Origin: Tepidiformaceae bacterium
Lineage (GTDB): Bacteria; Chloroflexota; Dehalococcoidia; Tepidiformales; Tepidiformaceae
DNA length: 64,000 nt
Reading direction: 5' to 3'
Assembly: GCA_041488155.1 (NCBI GenBank)
Contig: JBGPOS010000007.1
Location: 11,107-75,106, forward strand
The notes under the pieces were generated by a model. The model was not told the DNA's origin. It did no database searches and saw only the letters and a list, made by a program, of their open reading frames with translations. The translations under genes and the position numbers were made by a program. Shown here piece after piece: positions 1 to 9,010 of this stretch (its first letter is position 1; each line of letters begins with the position of its first letter).

Positions 1-657
1 AAGCGGGTCCGCATCGGGAACACCTTTATCCGAATCTTCGAGGGTGAAGCCCGCAAGATCGGCGATGCCAATTTCCTCTGCCAGGGCACGCTCTACCCGG
101 ACGTCATCGAGAGCGCCTCGCACGGCTCCGGGGCGGCGAAGATCAAGACTCACCACAACGTGGGCGGCCTTCCGGCCGACATGAAGCTCGGACTCGTGGA
201 GCCCCTCCGGTATCTCTTCAAGGACGAAGTCCGGCGGATCGGCGAGGCGCTGGGCCTACCGGAAGAGATGGTCTGGCGCCACCCGTTCCCAGGCCCGGGA
301 CTGGCCATCCGCGTCATGGGCGAGGTCACGAAAGAGAAGCTCAACATCCTGCGGCTTGCGGACCGGATTGTGATGGATGAGGTGCGCCGGGCCGGGCTCT
401 ATCGCGAGCTGTGGCAGAGCTTTGCAGTCCTGACCGACACCAAGACAGTCGGCGTGATGGGCGACTTCCGCACCTACGGCTACGCAGTCGCGATCCGGGC
501 CGTGGTTGCGGACGATGCCATGACCGCGGACTGGGCGCGACTGCCCCACAGCCTGCTCGCAACGATTTCCAACCGCATTGTGAACGAAGTGCACGGCATC
601 AACCGGGTCGTGTACGACATCACGAGCAAGCCGCCCGGGACCATCGAGTGGGAGTAA
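1..657 (+). CDS. guaA: GMP synthase (glutamine-hydrolysing), C-terminal part; the 5' end lies upstream of the window
   Basis: Frame 1 is open from base 1. The translated tail ([18 protein letters not shown]...[17 protein letters not shown]) is the conserved GMP synthase C-terminal dimerisation domain. Confidence 0.9.
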   Translation, partial: KRVRIGNTFIRIFEGEARKIGDANFLCQGTLYPDVIESASHGSGAAKIKTHHNVGGLPADMKLGLVEPLRYLFKDEVRRIGEALGLPEEMVWRHPFPGPGLAIRVMGEVTKEKLNILRLADRIVMDEVRRAGLYRELWQSFAVLTDTKTVGVMGDFRTYGYAVAIRAVVADDAMTADWARLPHSLLATISNRIVNEVHGINRVVYDITSKPPGTIEWE

Positions 658-685
658 CACTCCGCCCTCGCGCCGGACGGCGCTG

Positions 686-1957
686 ATGGGCGCCAGGGTC
701 CTGCTCGTCGGCGCGGGGGCGCGCGAGCATGCCGTGGCCTGGAAGTTGCGACAGAGCGCGAAGGTGGACGACATCTTCATCGCGCCGGGTAACGCGGGCA
801 CCGCGCAGGTGGGACGTAACCTGCCTGTCCAACCCAAGGACATCGAAGGCCTCGTGGCCGCGGCGAAGGCGAACGGCATCGACTTCTACCTGTCGACGAT
901 GGACGACCCCCAACCTCTAGGACTGGTGGATCGGCTGACGGCCGAGGGGATCCTCTGTTACGGCCCGACTCAGGCAGCCGCGAGGATCGAGTCGAGCAAG
1001 GCTTGGTCGAAGGAATTCATGCTGCGCAACGGGATCCGGACTGCCGCCGCCCACACCTTCGATGACTACCGAAAGGCCTGCGCGTACCTGGAGTCGCAGC
1101 CCGACGGACCGATGGTGGTGAAGGCCACGGGACTGACGGGCGGCAAAGGGGCGATCGTGTGCAACGACCGCCACGATGCCATGGAGGCGCTGGACATCGC
1201 CATGGTGCGGCGGGACTTCGGCGGGGCTGGTGACACAGTGCTCATCGAAGAGCGGCTCTATGGGTGGGAGGCGAGCGCGCAGGCGTTCTGCGATGGCTCG
1301 CGAGCGGTATTGATGCCTTTCGCGACCGACTACAAGCGCGCGCAGGACGGCGACGTTGGTCTCAACACCGGCGGCATGGGCGCGTACAGCCCAAGCGTCC
1401 AGGTGGATGAGGCCATGACGAAGCAGATCGAGCGGGAAGTCGTCGAGCCGGTCATGCGGGGCATGGCCGCGCTCGGTGCACCTTACAACGGCACGCTCTA
1501 TCCAGGGCTGATGGTCACCGAGCGGGGAATCTACGTGCTCGAGTTCAACGCCCGGTTCGGCGATCCCGAGACACAGGTCCTGATGCCTCGCCTCGAGAGC
1601 GACCTGTACGAAGTCTGCCTGGCGGCAGCGGAGGGCCGACTCAACACGATCGACGTGCGCTGGTCGCGCCGGGCCGCAGTTGGCGTGGTCATGGCGAGCG
1701 GCGGCTACCCGGCCACCTACAAGCTGGGGCACATCATCGAGGGGATTGAAGCAATCGATGCGGACGTGCTTGTCTTCCACGCCGGAACCAGGATCGACTC
1801 CCGCGGGCTGGTGACGAACGGCGGCCGCGTGCTCACGGTCGTGGCGATGGGCGATACGATTGCCCAGGCCCGGGCGAAGGCGTACGACAACGTCCGACGC
1901 ATCCGCTTTAGCGACGCACAGTACCGCAACGACATCGCGCTGAAGGTCGCAGGATGA
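686..1957 (+). CDS. purD: Phosphoribosylamine--glycine ligase
   Basis: 423 aa. N-terminus VLLVGAGAREHAVAWKL, an ATP-grasp core and ...GGRVLTVVAMG are typical PurD. Sits in purine gene context. Confidence 0.95.
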   Translation: MGARVLLVGAGAREHAVAWKLRQSAKVDDIFIAPGNAGTAQVGRNLPVQPKDIEGLVAAAKANGIDFYLSTMDDPQPLGLVDRLTAEGILCYGPTQAAARIESSKAWSKEFMLRNGIRTAAAHTFDDYRKACAYLESQPDGPMVVKATGLTGGKGAIVCNDRHDAMEALDIAMVRRDFGGAGDTVLIEERLYGWEASAQAFCDGSRAVLMPFATDYKRAQDGDVGLNTGGMGAYSPSVQVDEAMTKQIEREVVEPVMRGMAALGAPYNGTLYPGLMVTERGIYVLEFNARFGDPETQVLMPRLESDLYEVCLAAAEGRLNTIDVRWSRRAAVGVVMASGGYPATYKLGHIIEGIEAIDADVLVFHAGTRIDSRGLVTNGGRVLTVVAMGDTIAQARAKAYDNVRRIRFSDAQYRNDIALKVAG

Positions 1958-2421
1958 GCGCCCCGCTGGTCGCTATCCTCATGGGGTCGCAGAGCGACGA
2001 ACAGCTGCTGGCGCCAACGACGAAGGTGCTGGAGGAGCTGGGCATCCCTTTCGTCGTGCGGGCGATGTCGGCGCACCGCACACCCGACAAGGTGCGGGAG
2101 TTCGCCAAGCGAGCAGAGAGCGACGGCTTCGAGGTCCTCATCTGCGCCGCCGGTGGCGCCGCGCACCTCCCGGGGGCGGTGGCGGCCCACACCACTTTGC
2201 CGGTCATTGGGATCCCCCTGGCGACGAGCGAGGTGGCCGGAGGGCTGGACGCCGTGTTCGGGGTGCTCCAGATGCCACCGGGCGTCCCGGTAGCGGCGGT
2301 GGCGGTCGGGGCATGGGGCGCACGGAACGCAGCCTACCTGGCGGCTGCGATCCTCTCGCTCAAACATCCCGAGATCCGCGAGGCGTATCGGGAGTTCAGA
2401 GACAGGCAGTCACGGGGGTAG
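1954..2421 (+). CDS. purE: N5-carboxyaminoimidazole ribonucleotide mutase
   Basis: 155 aa. VAILMGSQSD...AAGGAAHLPG...PVIGIP motifs. ATGA start/stop overlap with purD. Confidence 0.93.
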   Translation: MSAPLVAILMGSQSDEQLLAPTTKVLEELGIPFVVRAMSAHRTPDKVREFAKRAESDGFEVLICAAGGAAHLPGAVAAHTTLPVIGIPLATSEVAGGLDAVFGVLQMPPGVPVAAVAVGAWGARNAAYLAAAILSLKHPEIREAYREFRDRQSRG

Positions 2422-2423
2422 CG

Positions 2424-2771
2424 ATGGCGACTGGATTGACAAAGAACGCTGAGGCCACGCCGGTCGAGATGTTGCCGGGCGTTGTGCGGCGGACTCTGAG
2501 CGAGGGCGCCCACACGATGCTCTGCGAGCTTCGCATGACCGCGGGGAGCGTCATCCCTCCTCACACCCATCCCCATGAGCAAACCGGGTACCTGGCGAGC
2601 GGCCGCTTTCGCTTCAGACTGGGGGACAACTGGCGGGAGCTCGGACCGGGCGACAGCTGGTCGGTGCCGGGAGGGGTTGAGCACGAGGTGCAGGTGATCG
2701 AGGACACGATCGCGATCGACGTCTTCAGCCCGCCTCGCGATGAATATCGGGACCCGAAGCTCGTCCGCTGA
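2424..2771 (+). CDS. Cupin domain protein
   Basis: An internal ATG at 2424 (MATGLTKN...) lies just after the purE stop. PPHTHPHEQTGYLASG...VPGGVEHEV matches the two cupin motifs. The upstream part of the 2313 ORF overlaps purE and is discounted. Confidence 0.7.
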   Translation: MATGLTKNAEATPVEMLPGVVRRTLSEGAHTMLCELRMTAGSVIPPHTHPHEQTGYLASGRFRFRLGDNWRELGPGDSWSVPGGVEHEVQVIEDTIAIDVFSPPRDEYRDPKLVR

Positions 2772-2869
2772 ACGGCCGTCAGCCTGCCCTTCGCAGGAGT
2801 GTCCGGTATGATTGAGACTTCCCGCGCGAAGGCTGCCCGGGCAGCAGCGGCTCGAGGAGAAGGCAGGCG

Positions 2870-4162
2870 ATGATCCCGCGCTATTCACGCCCCGAGATGG
2901 CCGCCCTCTGGAGCGACCAGGCAAAGTTCCAGCGCTGGCTCGATGTCGAAGTCGCGGCTTGCGACGCCTGGGCAGAGCTGGGCCAGATCCCGGAAGAGGC
3001 GGCGCGCAAGATCCGGCGGGACGCAACGTTCGACCTCGACAAGATCAACGAGTACATCGCGATCACGCACCACGACGTGACGGCTTTCCTCCGGTCGGTG
3101 GCCGAGTCGCTGGGGGAAGAAGGACGTTATGTCCACCTGGGCCTCACGAGTTCAGACGTCTGGGATACTGCGACCGGCCTCCAGCTGCGCGACGCCTGCA
3201 ACCTGCTTTTGAAAGACGTCGACCGGCTTTCGGCGGTGCTGGAGCGGCAGGCGGCGGCTCATCGGGACACCCTCTGCACCGGCCGGACGCACGGCGTCCA
3301 CGCGGAGCCGACGACGTTCGGGTTGAAGCTCGCGGTCTGGGTAGATGAGATGCGACGGAACCGGGTGCGGTTGGAAAGCGCCCGAACGGCCGTCGCGGTG
3401 GGGGCGATCAGCGGCACGGTCGGGACGCACTCGTCCGTGCCGCCAGCGGTCGAAGAGATCGTCTGCAAGAAGCTCGGACTTGGCGTCGAAGCAGCGTCGA
3501 CCCAGATCATCCAGCGCGACCGTCACGCGCAATTCGTCACGACGCTGGCATTGATCGGCGGATCGCTGGAAAAGTTCGCGACCGAGATCCGCGCGCTGCA
3601 GAAGACCGAGGTACGTGAAGTCGAAGAGCCGTTCGACGAAGGCCAGACAGGGTCGAGCGCGATGCCGCACAAGCGCAACCCGGAGCTGTGCGAGCGGATC
3701 AGCGGCCTCGCGCGCATTTTGCGCGGCTACGCGCTCACTTCGATGGAAAACATCGCCCTCTGGCACGAACGTGACATCAGCCACTCTTCGACCGAACGCA
3801 TCATCTTTCCTGACGCCTGCCTGGTCCTCGATTACACACTCAATCTCTTCACCGGGGTCATGGACCGCCTGATGGTCTATCCCCAGCACATGCGAGAAAA
3901 CCTCGACAAGTCGTTTGGGCTCGTGTTCTCCCATCGGGTGCTGCTGGCGCTGATCGAGACAGGGCTCAGCCGGCAGGCGGCCTACGAAATTGTCCAGCGC
4001 CACGCGATGCGCTCATGGGAGGAGCGGACGTCGTTCCTGGACATCCTGCTGGCCGACGCCGACGTGGTGAGCCGGCTGCCCGAGGGCGAGCTGCGTGCGC
4101 TATTCGACTACTCCTACTACCTCCAAAACGTGGGCGCGACTTTCGAGCGCCTCGGCCTGTGA
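2870..4162 (+). CDS. purB: Adenylosuccinate lyase
   Basis: 430 aa. MIPRYSRPEM..., HLGLTSSDV and SSAMPHKRNP are the fumarate-lyase/PurB signature. Confidence 0.95.
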   Translation: MIPRYSRPEMAALWSDQAKFQRWLDVEVAACDAWAELGQIPEEAARKIRRDATFDLDKINEYIAITHHDVTAFLRSVAESLGEEGRYVHLGLTSSDVWDTATGLQLRDACNLLLKDVDRLSAVLERQAAAHRDTLCTGRTHGVHAEPTTFGLKLAVWVDEMRRNRVRLESARTAVAVGAISGTVGTHSSVPPAVEEIVCKKLGLGVEAASTQIIQRDRHAQFVTTLALIGGSLEKFATEIRALQKTEVREVEEPFDEGQTGSSAMPHKRNPELCERISGLARILRGYALTSMENIALWHERDISHSSTERIIFPDACLVLDYTLNLFTGVMDRLMVYPQHMRENLDKSFGLVFSHRVLLALIETGLSRQAAYEIVQRHAMRSWEERTSFLDILLADADVVSRLPEGELRALFDYSYYLQNVGATFERLGL

Positions 4163-4977
4163 CCGAGGCCGGCGAATCGTTCGTCCTGCCTGCGACGGAA
4201 CCGTTGTCGGTCCGTGGAATCGTGGGCTCGGCGTTTCGGCTCGTATCGCGGAACCGGCGCGAGGCGATGCTGCCGCTGGCCGCCGTCCAGGTGCCGGTTT
4301 CCATTGCGACCGCCGTCGCGACGGCTGTGCTCTACCTCACGGTGTTCCGGGACGACCCCGTGCAAGCGACGGACAAGCTCATCGAGGACGGCGGAGGGCC
4401 GCTGCTGGCGTTCATCATCCTGACAGCGATCGAGGGCCTGTTCGCGCAGGTGGCTCGCGCGGCCACCGTGGTCTCGATAGCCGGGGTGGCCCTGGCGAAA
4501 CCGAAGTCGTTGTCAGCTGCGCTGGACCCTGCCTTCACCCGGATGGGAGGGTTGCTGGTGCTGGTCGCCGTGGTCGCCGCTGGAGCAGGGCTCGCGCTGA
4601 TCTCCGTCGTGGGGCTCATCTTCCTGCCGTACATCGCTCTCCGGCTTGCCCTCTCCGTTGAGACGTACATGCTCGAGGGCCTGGGACCGACGGCTGCCCT
4701 TCGCCGCAGTTGGGAGCTCATGCGCGGCAATGTTCTTCGGTTCCTGGGGGTGATCCTCCTGGCGTTTCTCGTCCTCCTCGGGCCGCTCGCCAGCCTCTCG
4801 ATCCTGGGTGCGTTCGTGGGCGGGGGACGAACGGCGCGCGTCATCGAAATAGCCTTCCTGACCGTCGCCCAGGGCATCCTCGTCATCCCCCTCATCGCCT
4901 TCCTGACCGCGACAACGACGCTCTACTACCTCACAATCAAGGCGAGGCGCGATGCACAAGCTTCTCCTCGAATCTGA
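4159..4977 (+). CDS. Integral membrane protein of unknown function
   Basis: A GTG at 4159 overlaps the purB stop (GTGA). Several long hydrophobic segments (LLAFIILTAIEGLF, LLVLVAVVAAGAGLALISVVGLIFL, VILLAFLVLLGPL). The start is inferred and no family was recognised. Confidence 0.55.
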   Translation: MTEAGESFVLPATEPLSVRGIVGSAFRLVSRNRREAMLPLAAVQVPVSIATAVATAVLYLTVFRDDPVQATDKLIEDGGGPLLAFIILTAIEGLFAQVARAATVVSIAGVALAKPKSLSAALDPAFTRMGGLLVLVAVVAAGAGLALISVVGLIFLPYIALRLALSVETYMLEGLGPTAALRRSWELMRGNVLRFLGVILLAFLVLLGPLASLSILGAFVGGGRTARVIEIAFLTVAQGILVIPLIAFLTATTTLYYLTIKARRDAQASPRI

Positions 4978-5842
4978 CCTGCCAAACCGGTTCGCCAGGG
5001 GCAAGGTGAGGGACACGTACGACCTCGGGGACAGGCTGCTCATCGTCGCCACCGACCGCATCTCCTCGTTCGACATCATCTTGCCCACTGGCATTCCCCG
5101 AAAGGGCGAGGTGTTGACCCGGCTCTCGGCCTGGTGGTTCGACCGGATCAAGGAAGTTGTGCCGAACCATTACATCGCCTTGATAACGGCGGCGAACGAG
5201 TCACTCATCCCGTTCGCCCTCGGCCCTGAGTACTACGGGCGCACGATGCTCGTGCGCAAAGCGAAGCGGCTCGACGCGGAGTGCATCGCACGTGGCTACC
5301 TTTCAGGATCGGGCTGGAAAGATTACCAGCGGACTGGAGCCGTATGCGGGCTCCCCTTGCCAGCGGGTCTCAGGGAGTCGGAGCGGCTGCCCGAACCGAT
5401 CTTCACACCCTCGACCAAAGCGGACATCGGCCACGACGAGAACATCTCGTACGAACAGCTCGTGGCTTTCACGGGGGAAGAGGCGGCGAACGCGATGAAG
5501 TTGCGCACGCTGGCTGTCTACAACTACGCCCACACTGTCGCCCTGGAGCGCGGCATCATCATCGCCGACACCAAGTTCGAATTCGGGCTCCTCAACGAGG
5601 AAGTGATCCTGATCGACGAGGTGCTGACGCCAGACAGCAGCCGCTTCTGGCCTGTCGACGGCTACCGTCCGGGCGGCCCGCAGTCGAGCCTCGACAAACA
5701 GCCCGTGCGCGACTGGATGGCGAAGAGCGGCTGGAAAGACGGCGACCCGCCGCCCGAGATCCCGGCCGACATTGTGGCGGCCACCACCGAGCGGTACCTC
5801 GCCGTCTATCGAATGCTGACCGGGGAGGCGCTTCCCGCATGA
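4952..5842 (+). CDS. purC: Phosphoribosylaminoimidazole-succinocarboxamide synthase
   Basis: 296 aa. GKVRDTYDLGDRLLIVATDRISSFD... and the LIDEVLTPDSSRFW motifs are typical long-form PurC. Confidence 0.95.
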   Translation: MHKLLLESDLPNRFARGKVRDTYDLGDRLLIVATDRISSFDIILPTGIPRKGEVLTRLSAWWFDRIKEVVPNHYIALITAANESLIPFALGPEYYGRTMLVRKAKRLDAECIARGYLSGSGWKDYQRTGAVCGLPLPAGLRESERLPEPIFTPSTKADIGHDENISYEQLVAFTGEEAANAMKLRTLAVYNYAHTVALERGIIIADTKFEFGLLNEEVILIDEVLTPDSSRFWPVDGYRPGGPQSSLDKQPVRDWMAKSGWKDGDPPPEIPADIVAATTERYLAVYRMLTGEALPA

Positions 5843-6102
5843 GCAAAGGCAAGACGTACCTCGCGAAGGTCTTCATTTCGCTGAAACCGACGGTGAACGA
5901 CCCGGAGGGGATCACGATCGGCGGCGCGCTGGCTTCGTTGGGCTTCGGCGAGGTCAGCGGGGTCCGTTCCGGCCGATACTTCCAGGTGACGCTCGCTGCC
6001 CCGACCCAGGGGAAGGCCGAGAAGCTCGTCGACCAGATGTGCTCGAGGCTGCTGGCAAACCCCGTGATCGAAACGTACTCGTTCGAAGTCAACGAGGCCT
6101 GA
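5839..6102 (+). CDS. purS: Phosphoribosylformylglycinamidine synthase subunit PurS
   Basis: An ATG at 5839 overlaps the purC stop (ATGA). The 87-aa product (...VFISLKPTVNDPEGITIGGALASLGF...NPVIETYSFEV) is PurS-like. Only the tail of the 5281 ORF is real. Confidence 0.9.
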   Translation: MSKGKTYLAKVFISLKPTVNDPEGITIGGALASLGFGEVSGVRSGRYFQVTLAAPTQGKAEKLVDQMCSRLLANPVIETYSFEVNEA

Positions 6103-6890
6103 TGCCGGAGCGAGACAGGCGACCGGCGCGTGTAGTCTGCCTGACCGCGGAAACCACCGAGATCGCCTTCGCTCTCGGCTGCGGCGACCGGATCGTTGGG
6201 GTTTCCGGGTACGCCGTGCGTCCACCCGAGGCGCGCAGGAAGCCGAAGGTGGCCGCGTTCCAGACCGCGCACGTCGAGCGGATCCTGGCGCTACGTCCGG
6301 ACCTCGTCCTCGGCTTCTCGGACCTCCAGGCGGCGATCGTGAGCGACCTTGTTCGCCGCGGCGCCCAGGTGTTGGTCACGAACCAGCGCACGATCGAGGA
6401 GACGTACCTGGCCATCAGCTTGATTGCGGGCGTCCTCGGAGAGCCGGAGGCGGGCCAGCGGCTGATTGAGGAGATGCGAAGTGAACTCGCTGCGATCGGG
6501 GAGCGTGCTGCTGCGGGCTGGGGCCGGCCTCGCGTCTACTTCGAGGAGTGGGACGCGCCGCTCATCAGCGGGATCGCATGGGTCTCGGAGCTGATCGAGC
6601 TTGGCGGCGGGACCGACGTGTTTTCCGACAGGCGCGCGGGTGCGGCCGCCGACCGCACGGTGCAGCCCGAAGAGGTCATCGAGCGGGACCCTGAACTGAT
6701 CGTCGCGAGCTGGTGTGGCAAGAAGGCGCGGCTCGAACGAATCGCCGGACGTCCCGGCTGGGACAAGATCAGCGCCGTACGAATGGCGCGTCTGCATGAA
6801 ATCAAAGCGCCCGACATCCTTCAACCGGGACCATCGCTCGTGCGAGGCGCGGCCCAGCTCGCTCAGCTCATCGCGGAGGCTCGACGTTGA
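6102..6890 (+). CDS. TroA/BtuF-like periplasmic-binding-fold protein with no evident signal peptide
   Basis: An ATG at 6102 overlaps the purS stop (TGATG). VVCLTAETTEIAFALGCGDRIVGVS...RPDLVLGF...PELIVASWCG are hallmarks of class III (cobalamin/siderophore type) binding proteins. The N-terminus is charged, not hydrophobic. Confidence 0.7.
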   Translation: MPERDRRPARVVCLTAETTEIAFALGCGDRIVGVSGYAVRPPEARRKPKVAAFQTAHVERILALRPDLVLGFSDLQAAIVSDLVRRGAQVLVTNQRTIEETYLAISLIAGVLGEPEAGQRLIEEMRSELAAIGERAAAGWGRPRVYFEEWDAPLISGIAWVSELIELGGGTDVFSDRRAGAAADRTVQPEEVIERDPELIVASWCGKKARLERIAGRPGWDKISAVRMARLHEIKAPDILQPGPSLVRGAAQLAQLIAEARR

Positions 6891-7389
6891 CAGGACCAGG
6901 GCGGCCTGCCACCCGCCGCAGGTTATCGACGAGCATGCCCACTTGCGATTCGCTCAGGTGGTCGTCGAGCAAGCCAACATAGGCGTCGTCCTCCGATTCG
7001 AGGTGGACGCGAATTGCGGCATAGAGCCCATGCAGGAGAGGCAAGAGGTAGCGGGCATACGCGGCGGTGTCGCCGTCCTGCCGGGAGGCCTCGACGACAC
7101 TCTCGAGGTCCATAGCCATCGCCGCAAGGCTCCGATGCTGGGCGGCCATCACCGCCGTCACCCCGACCTGACCCACGACCCCGTCCACCGTGGGAAAGAA
7201 GATGAACTCTTCGGCGGAGCTGGCGGGGACGAACACGTCCCGCAGGAACTCCACAGCGGCGTCGAGGGCAGCTAGCGCGACCTTCGTTTCTGCGGGGCCC
7301 ACCGCCGCGGCGGCAACCTGCAACGTCGTCAGCCCGTCGTGGAGGGGCTGACGGAAGTCACGAAGGGGGGCGACGACCCTGTCGGTCAT
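6868..7389 (-). CDS. Hemerythrin (HHE cation-binding) domain protein
   Basis: 173 aa with AEEFIFFP, QHRSL and RVHLESEDD motifs resembling hemerythrin-like four-helix bundles. Confidence 0.6.
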   Translation of the reverse strand: MTDRVVAPLRDFRQPLHDGLTTLQVAAAAVGPAETKVALAALDAAVEFLRDVFVPASSAEEFIFFPTVDGVVGQVGVTAVMAAQHRSLAAMAMDLESVVEASRQDGDTAAYARYLLPLLHGLYAAIRVHLESEDDAYVGLLDDHLSESQVGMLVDNLRRVAGRPGPVNVEPPR

Positions 7390-7424
7390 CGACAGAGGGT
7401 ACCGTGAGCCAGGCCGCGGGTCAC

Positions 7425-8534
7425 TCAGGGTTGCGAAGGGTTGAGTTGAATCTCCTCGTAGTAGCGCTGGTCGCCCAGCGACTCGACGGCCGTCCAGAAC
7501 TCCGGGCCGCCGGCCTTCGACGGATCCTCGAGGGCCCAGGACTGGCGTCTATAGGACCAGCTCTCGGGGCGCAGGCGCTTTGCTTCCGCGAAGTGGACCT
7601 GGGCGTCGCCCGGGTGGCCCTGCTCGGAGAGATACTCGCCGAGGCGGAAGTGAGCGGCCGCAAGCGCCTGTTCGTCCGTATAGGGCTGGAGCCGCCGGAG
7701 GACCTCTTCTTCGGGAAGGGCGAACGGTGACTGATCGCCGCGTTCGGCCCAGTCGCGCAGAGCGTCGAGATAGCGCCGCCGCGTCTCTCGGAGATCCGCC
7801 AGCGCCTCGGGGGGCATGGCGAACGTGGTGCGATCCATCTGGCGGAAACCGTCGGTGGTGCCCGCGGGTTCGGGCGGCCGGACGATCCGTCCCTCCTCGT
7901 TGATCCAGACGGCGATCGGCACGTTGACCATGTTGTAGAGCTCGGCGACCACGTGGCGCCGGTCGATCAGGCAGGGGTAGGTTGGGTTCGCCCTCTGGAT
8001 CCACTGGCCGGCGGCTTCGGCGCCGCCGCTGTCGAAGGCAACGGCGATGACGACGAAGCCCTTCGGTGCCAGCTCAGTGTAGAGCGCCTGCCACACGGGC
8101 AGGTCCATGCGGCACCCTCACCACGAGGCCCAGGAAACGAGGAACACTTTCTCCCCAAGGTGGTCGTGGAGGGAATGATCGCGACCGTCGAGGTCGGGCA
8201 ACGTGAAGTCAGGAGCCTGCAGAGAACGAAGGGCGCCGGCTCGCGAGCCGCCCGTTTCGCCAAGCGCCCAGGCGTGATGCCCGGAGTCGTGGAGCAGCGG
8301 CTGGCCCAGGTGCCTGGCAAGAGCGGCGATGTTGAACGCCTGGTCGCGAGCGAACTCCTCTGTGCGGGACGGCGGGATGGGCACACAGGCCTCGCCGCGG
8401 CAGGCGCCTTCTGGCTTCAACGACCAACCGGTCGCGCCTTCGAGGTCGCGGAGCGGGATCCAGAGGGACTCGCCCTCCGCAGTGGCAGTGGCCACCGTCG
8501 TGACCCGGTCGTCCATCAAGAGGGTTTCTGACAT
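7425..8534 (-). CDS. Thioredoxin-fold (ResA/TlpA-like) protein with an in-frame UGA at the redox motif; candidate selenoprotein, alternatively a nonsense-split gene
   Basis: ORFs 8118..8579 and 7425..8108 share one frame and are separated only by TGA (8118-8120) GGG TGC CGC. The joined reading is ...EKVFLVSWASW-U-GCRMDLPVWQALYTELAPKGFVVIAVAFD. The probable start ATG at 8534 is preceded by GGGGAGGA. Confidence 0.6.
8065..8117 (-). promoter_or_regulatory. SECIS-like stem-loop immediately 3' of the in-frame UGA
   Basis: mRNA reads UGA-G-GGUGCC-GCAUGGA-CCUGCC-CGUGU-GGCAGG-...-GGCACC. There is a perfect 6-bp apical stem (8087-8103), a 5-nt loop containing G, and an outer 6-bp helix (8111-8116 with 8065-8070). 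Confidence 0.45.
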
Positions 8535-9010
8535 GCGTCCTCCCCGGAGCACGATAGGCTGCCGGTGCCGCCCGGGCAAACGGACGGGGGGCGGACCGGA
8601 TCAACCTGCAGAGATGCTGTGCGCAACGCTCGGCGAACAGGGCTGACTTGGGTAGCCGGCGGGCGAGCGGATCTCTCACCGACTAGGGGATTACCCTTAG
8701 AAGGAACGCCGGAGCGCAGGCAGTTCGCTCACGCCAGAGGCTGTAGGGGGAACGAGCGGCGCGCACGAGATGCCTCGCCGCCCGGATGTATAACACGATT
8801 CCAACACTGATTCGTGGCCAAGTAAGGGATAACATCTATATACTTGCCGAACACTCGATGTCCACTTAAGGCCGGACAAAGGGGTCAAACGGTGACAGAC
8901 AGGGAAACGGCTCGAACCGCCACATCGAGGCCGGCCCGGTTCGCCGAACGCACAAAGCGGCGCACGCCCCGGACCACCATCGTGAGCGCAAAAGCCGAAG
9001 AGAGGTGCGT

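Noticed and set aside
2772-2869. Purine, ZTP or cobalamin riboswitches in front of the pur genes or the BtuF-like gene.
   Set aside because: Most junctions have overlapping or near-zero spacing. The only gaps (658-685, 2772-2869) lack the conserved cores of these riboswitch classes as far as I can recall them by eye.
5281-5838. The upstream 186 codons of the 273-aa ORF that ends as purS.
   Set aside because: This part overlaps purC in another frame and has no coding features. PurS proteins are ~80-90 aa, and the ATG at 5839 overlaps the purC stop.
8580-9010. The 430-bp AT-enriched divergent intergenic region, which contains the near-palindrome CTAGGGGATTACCCTTAG, as an sRNA or riboswitch locus.
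   Set aside because: I could not define convincing promoter hexamers or a conserved structure. It is most simply a divergent promoter region for the redoxin and coiled-coil genes. It may be worth a look in RNA-seq data but is not supportable from sequence alone.
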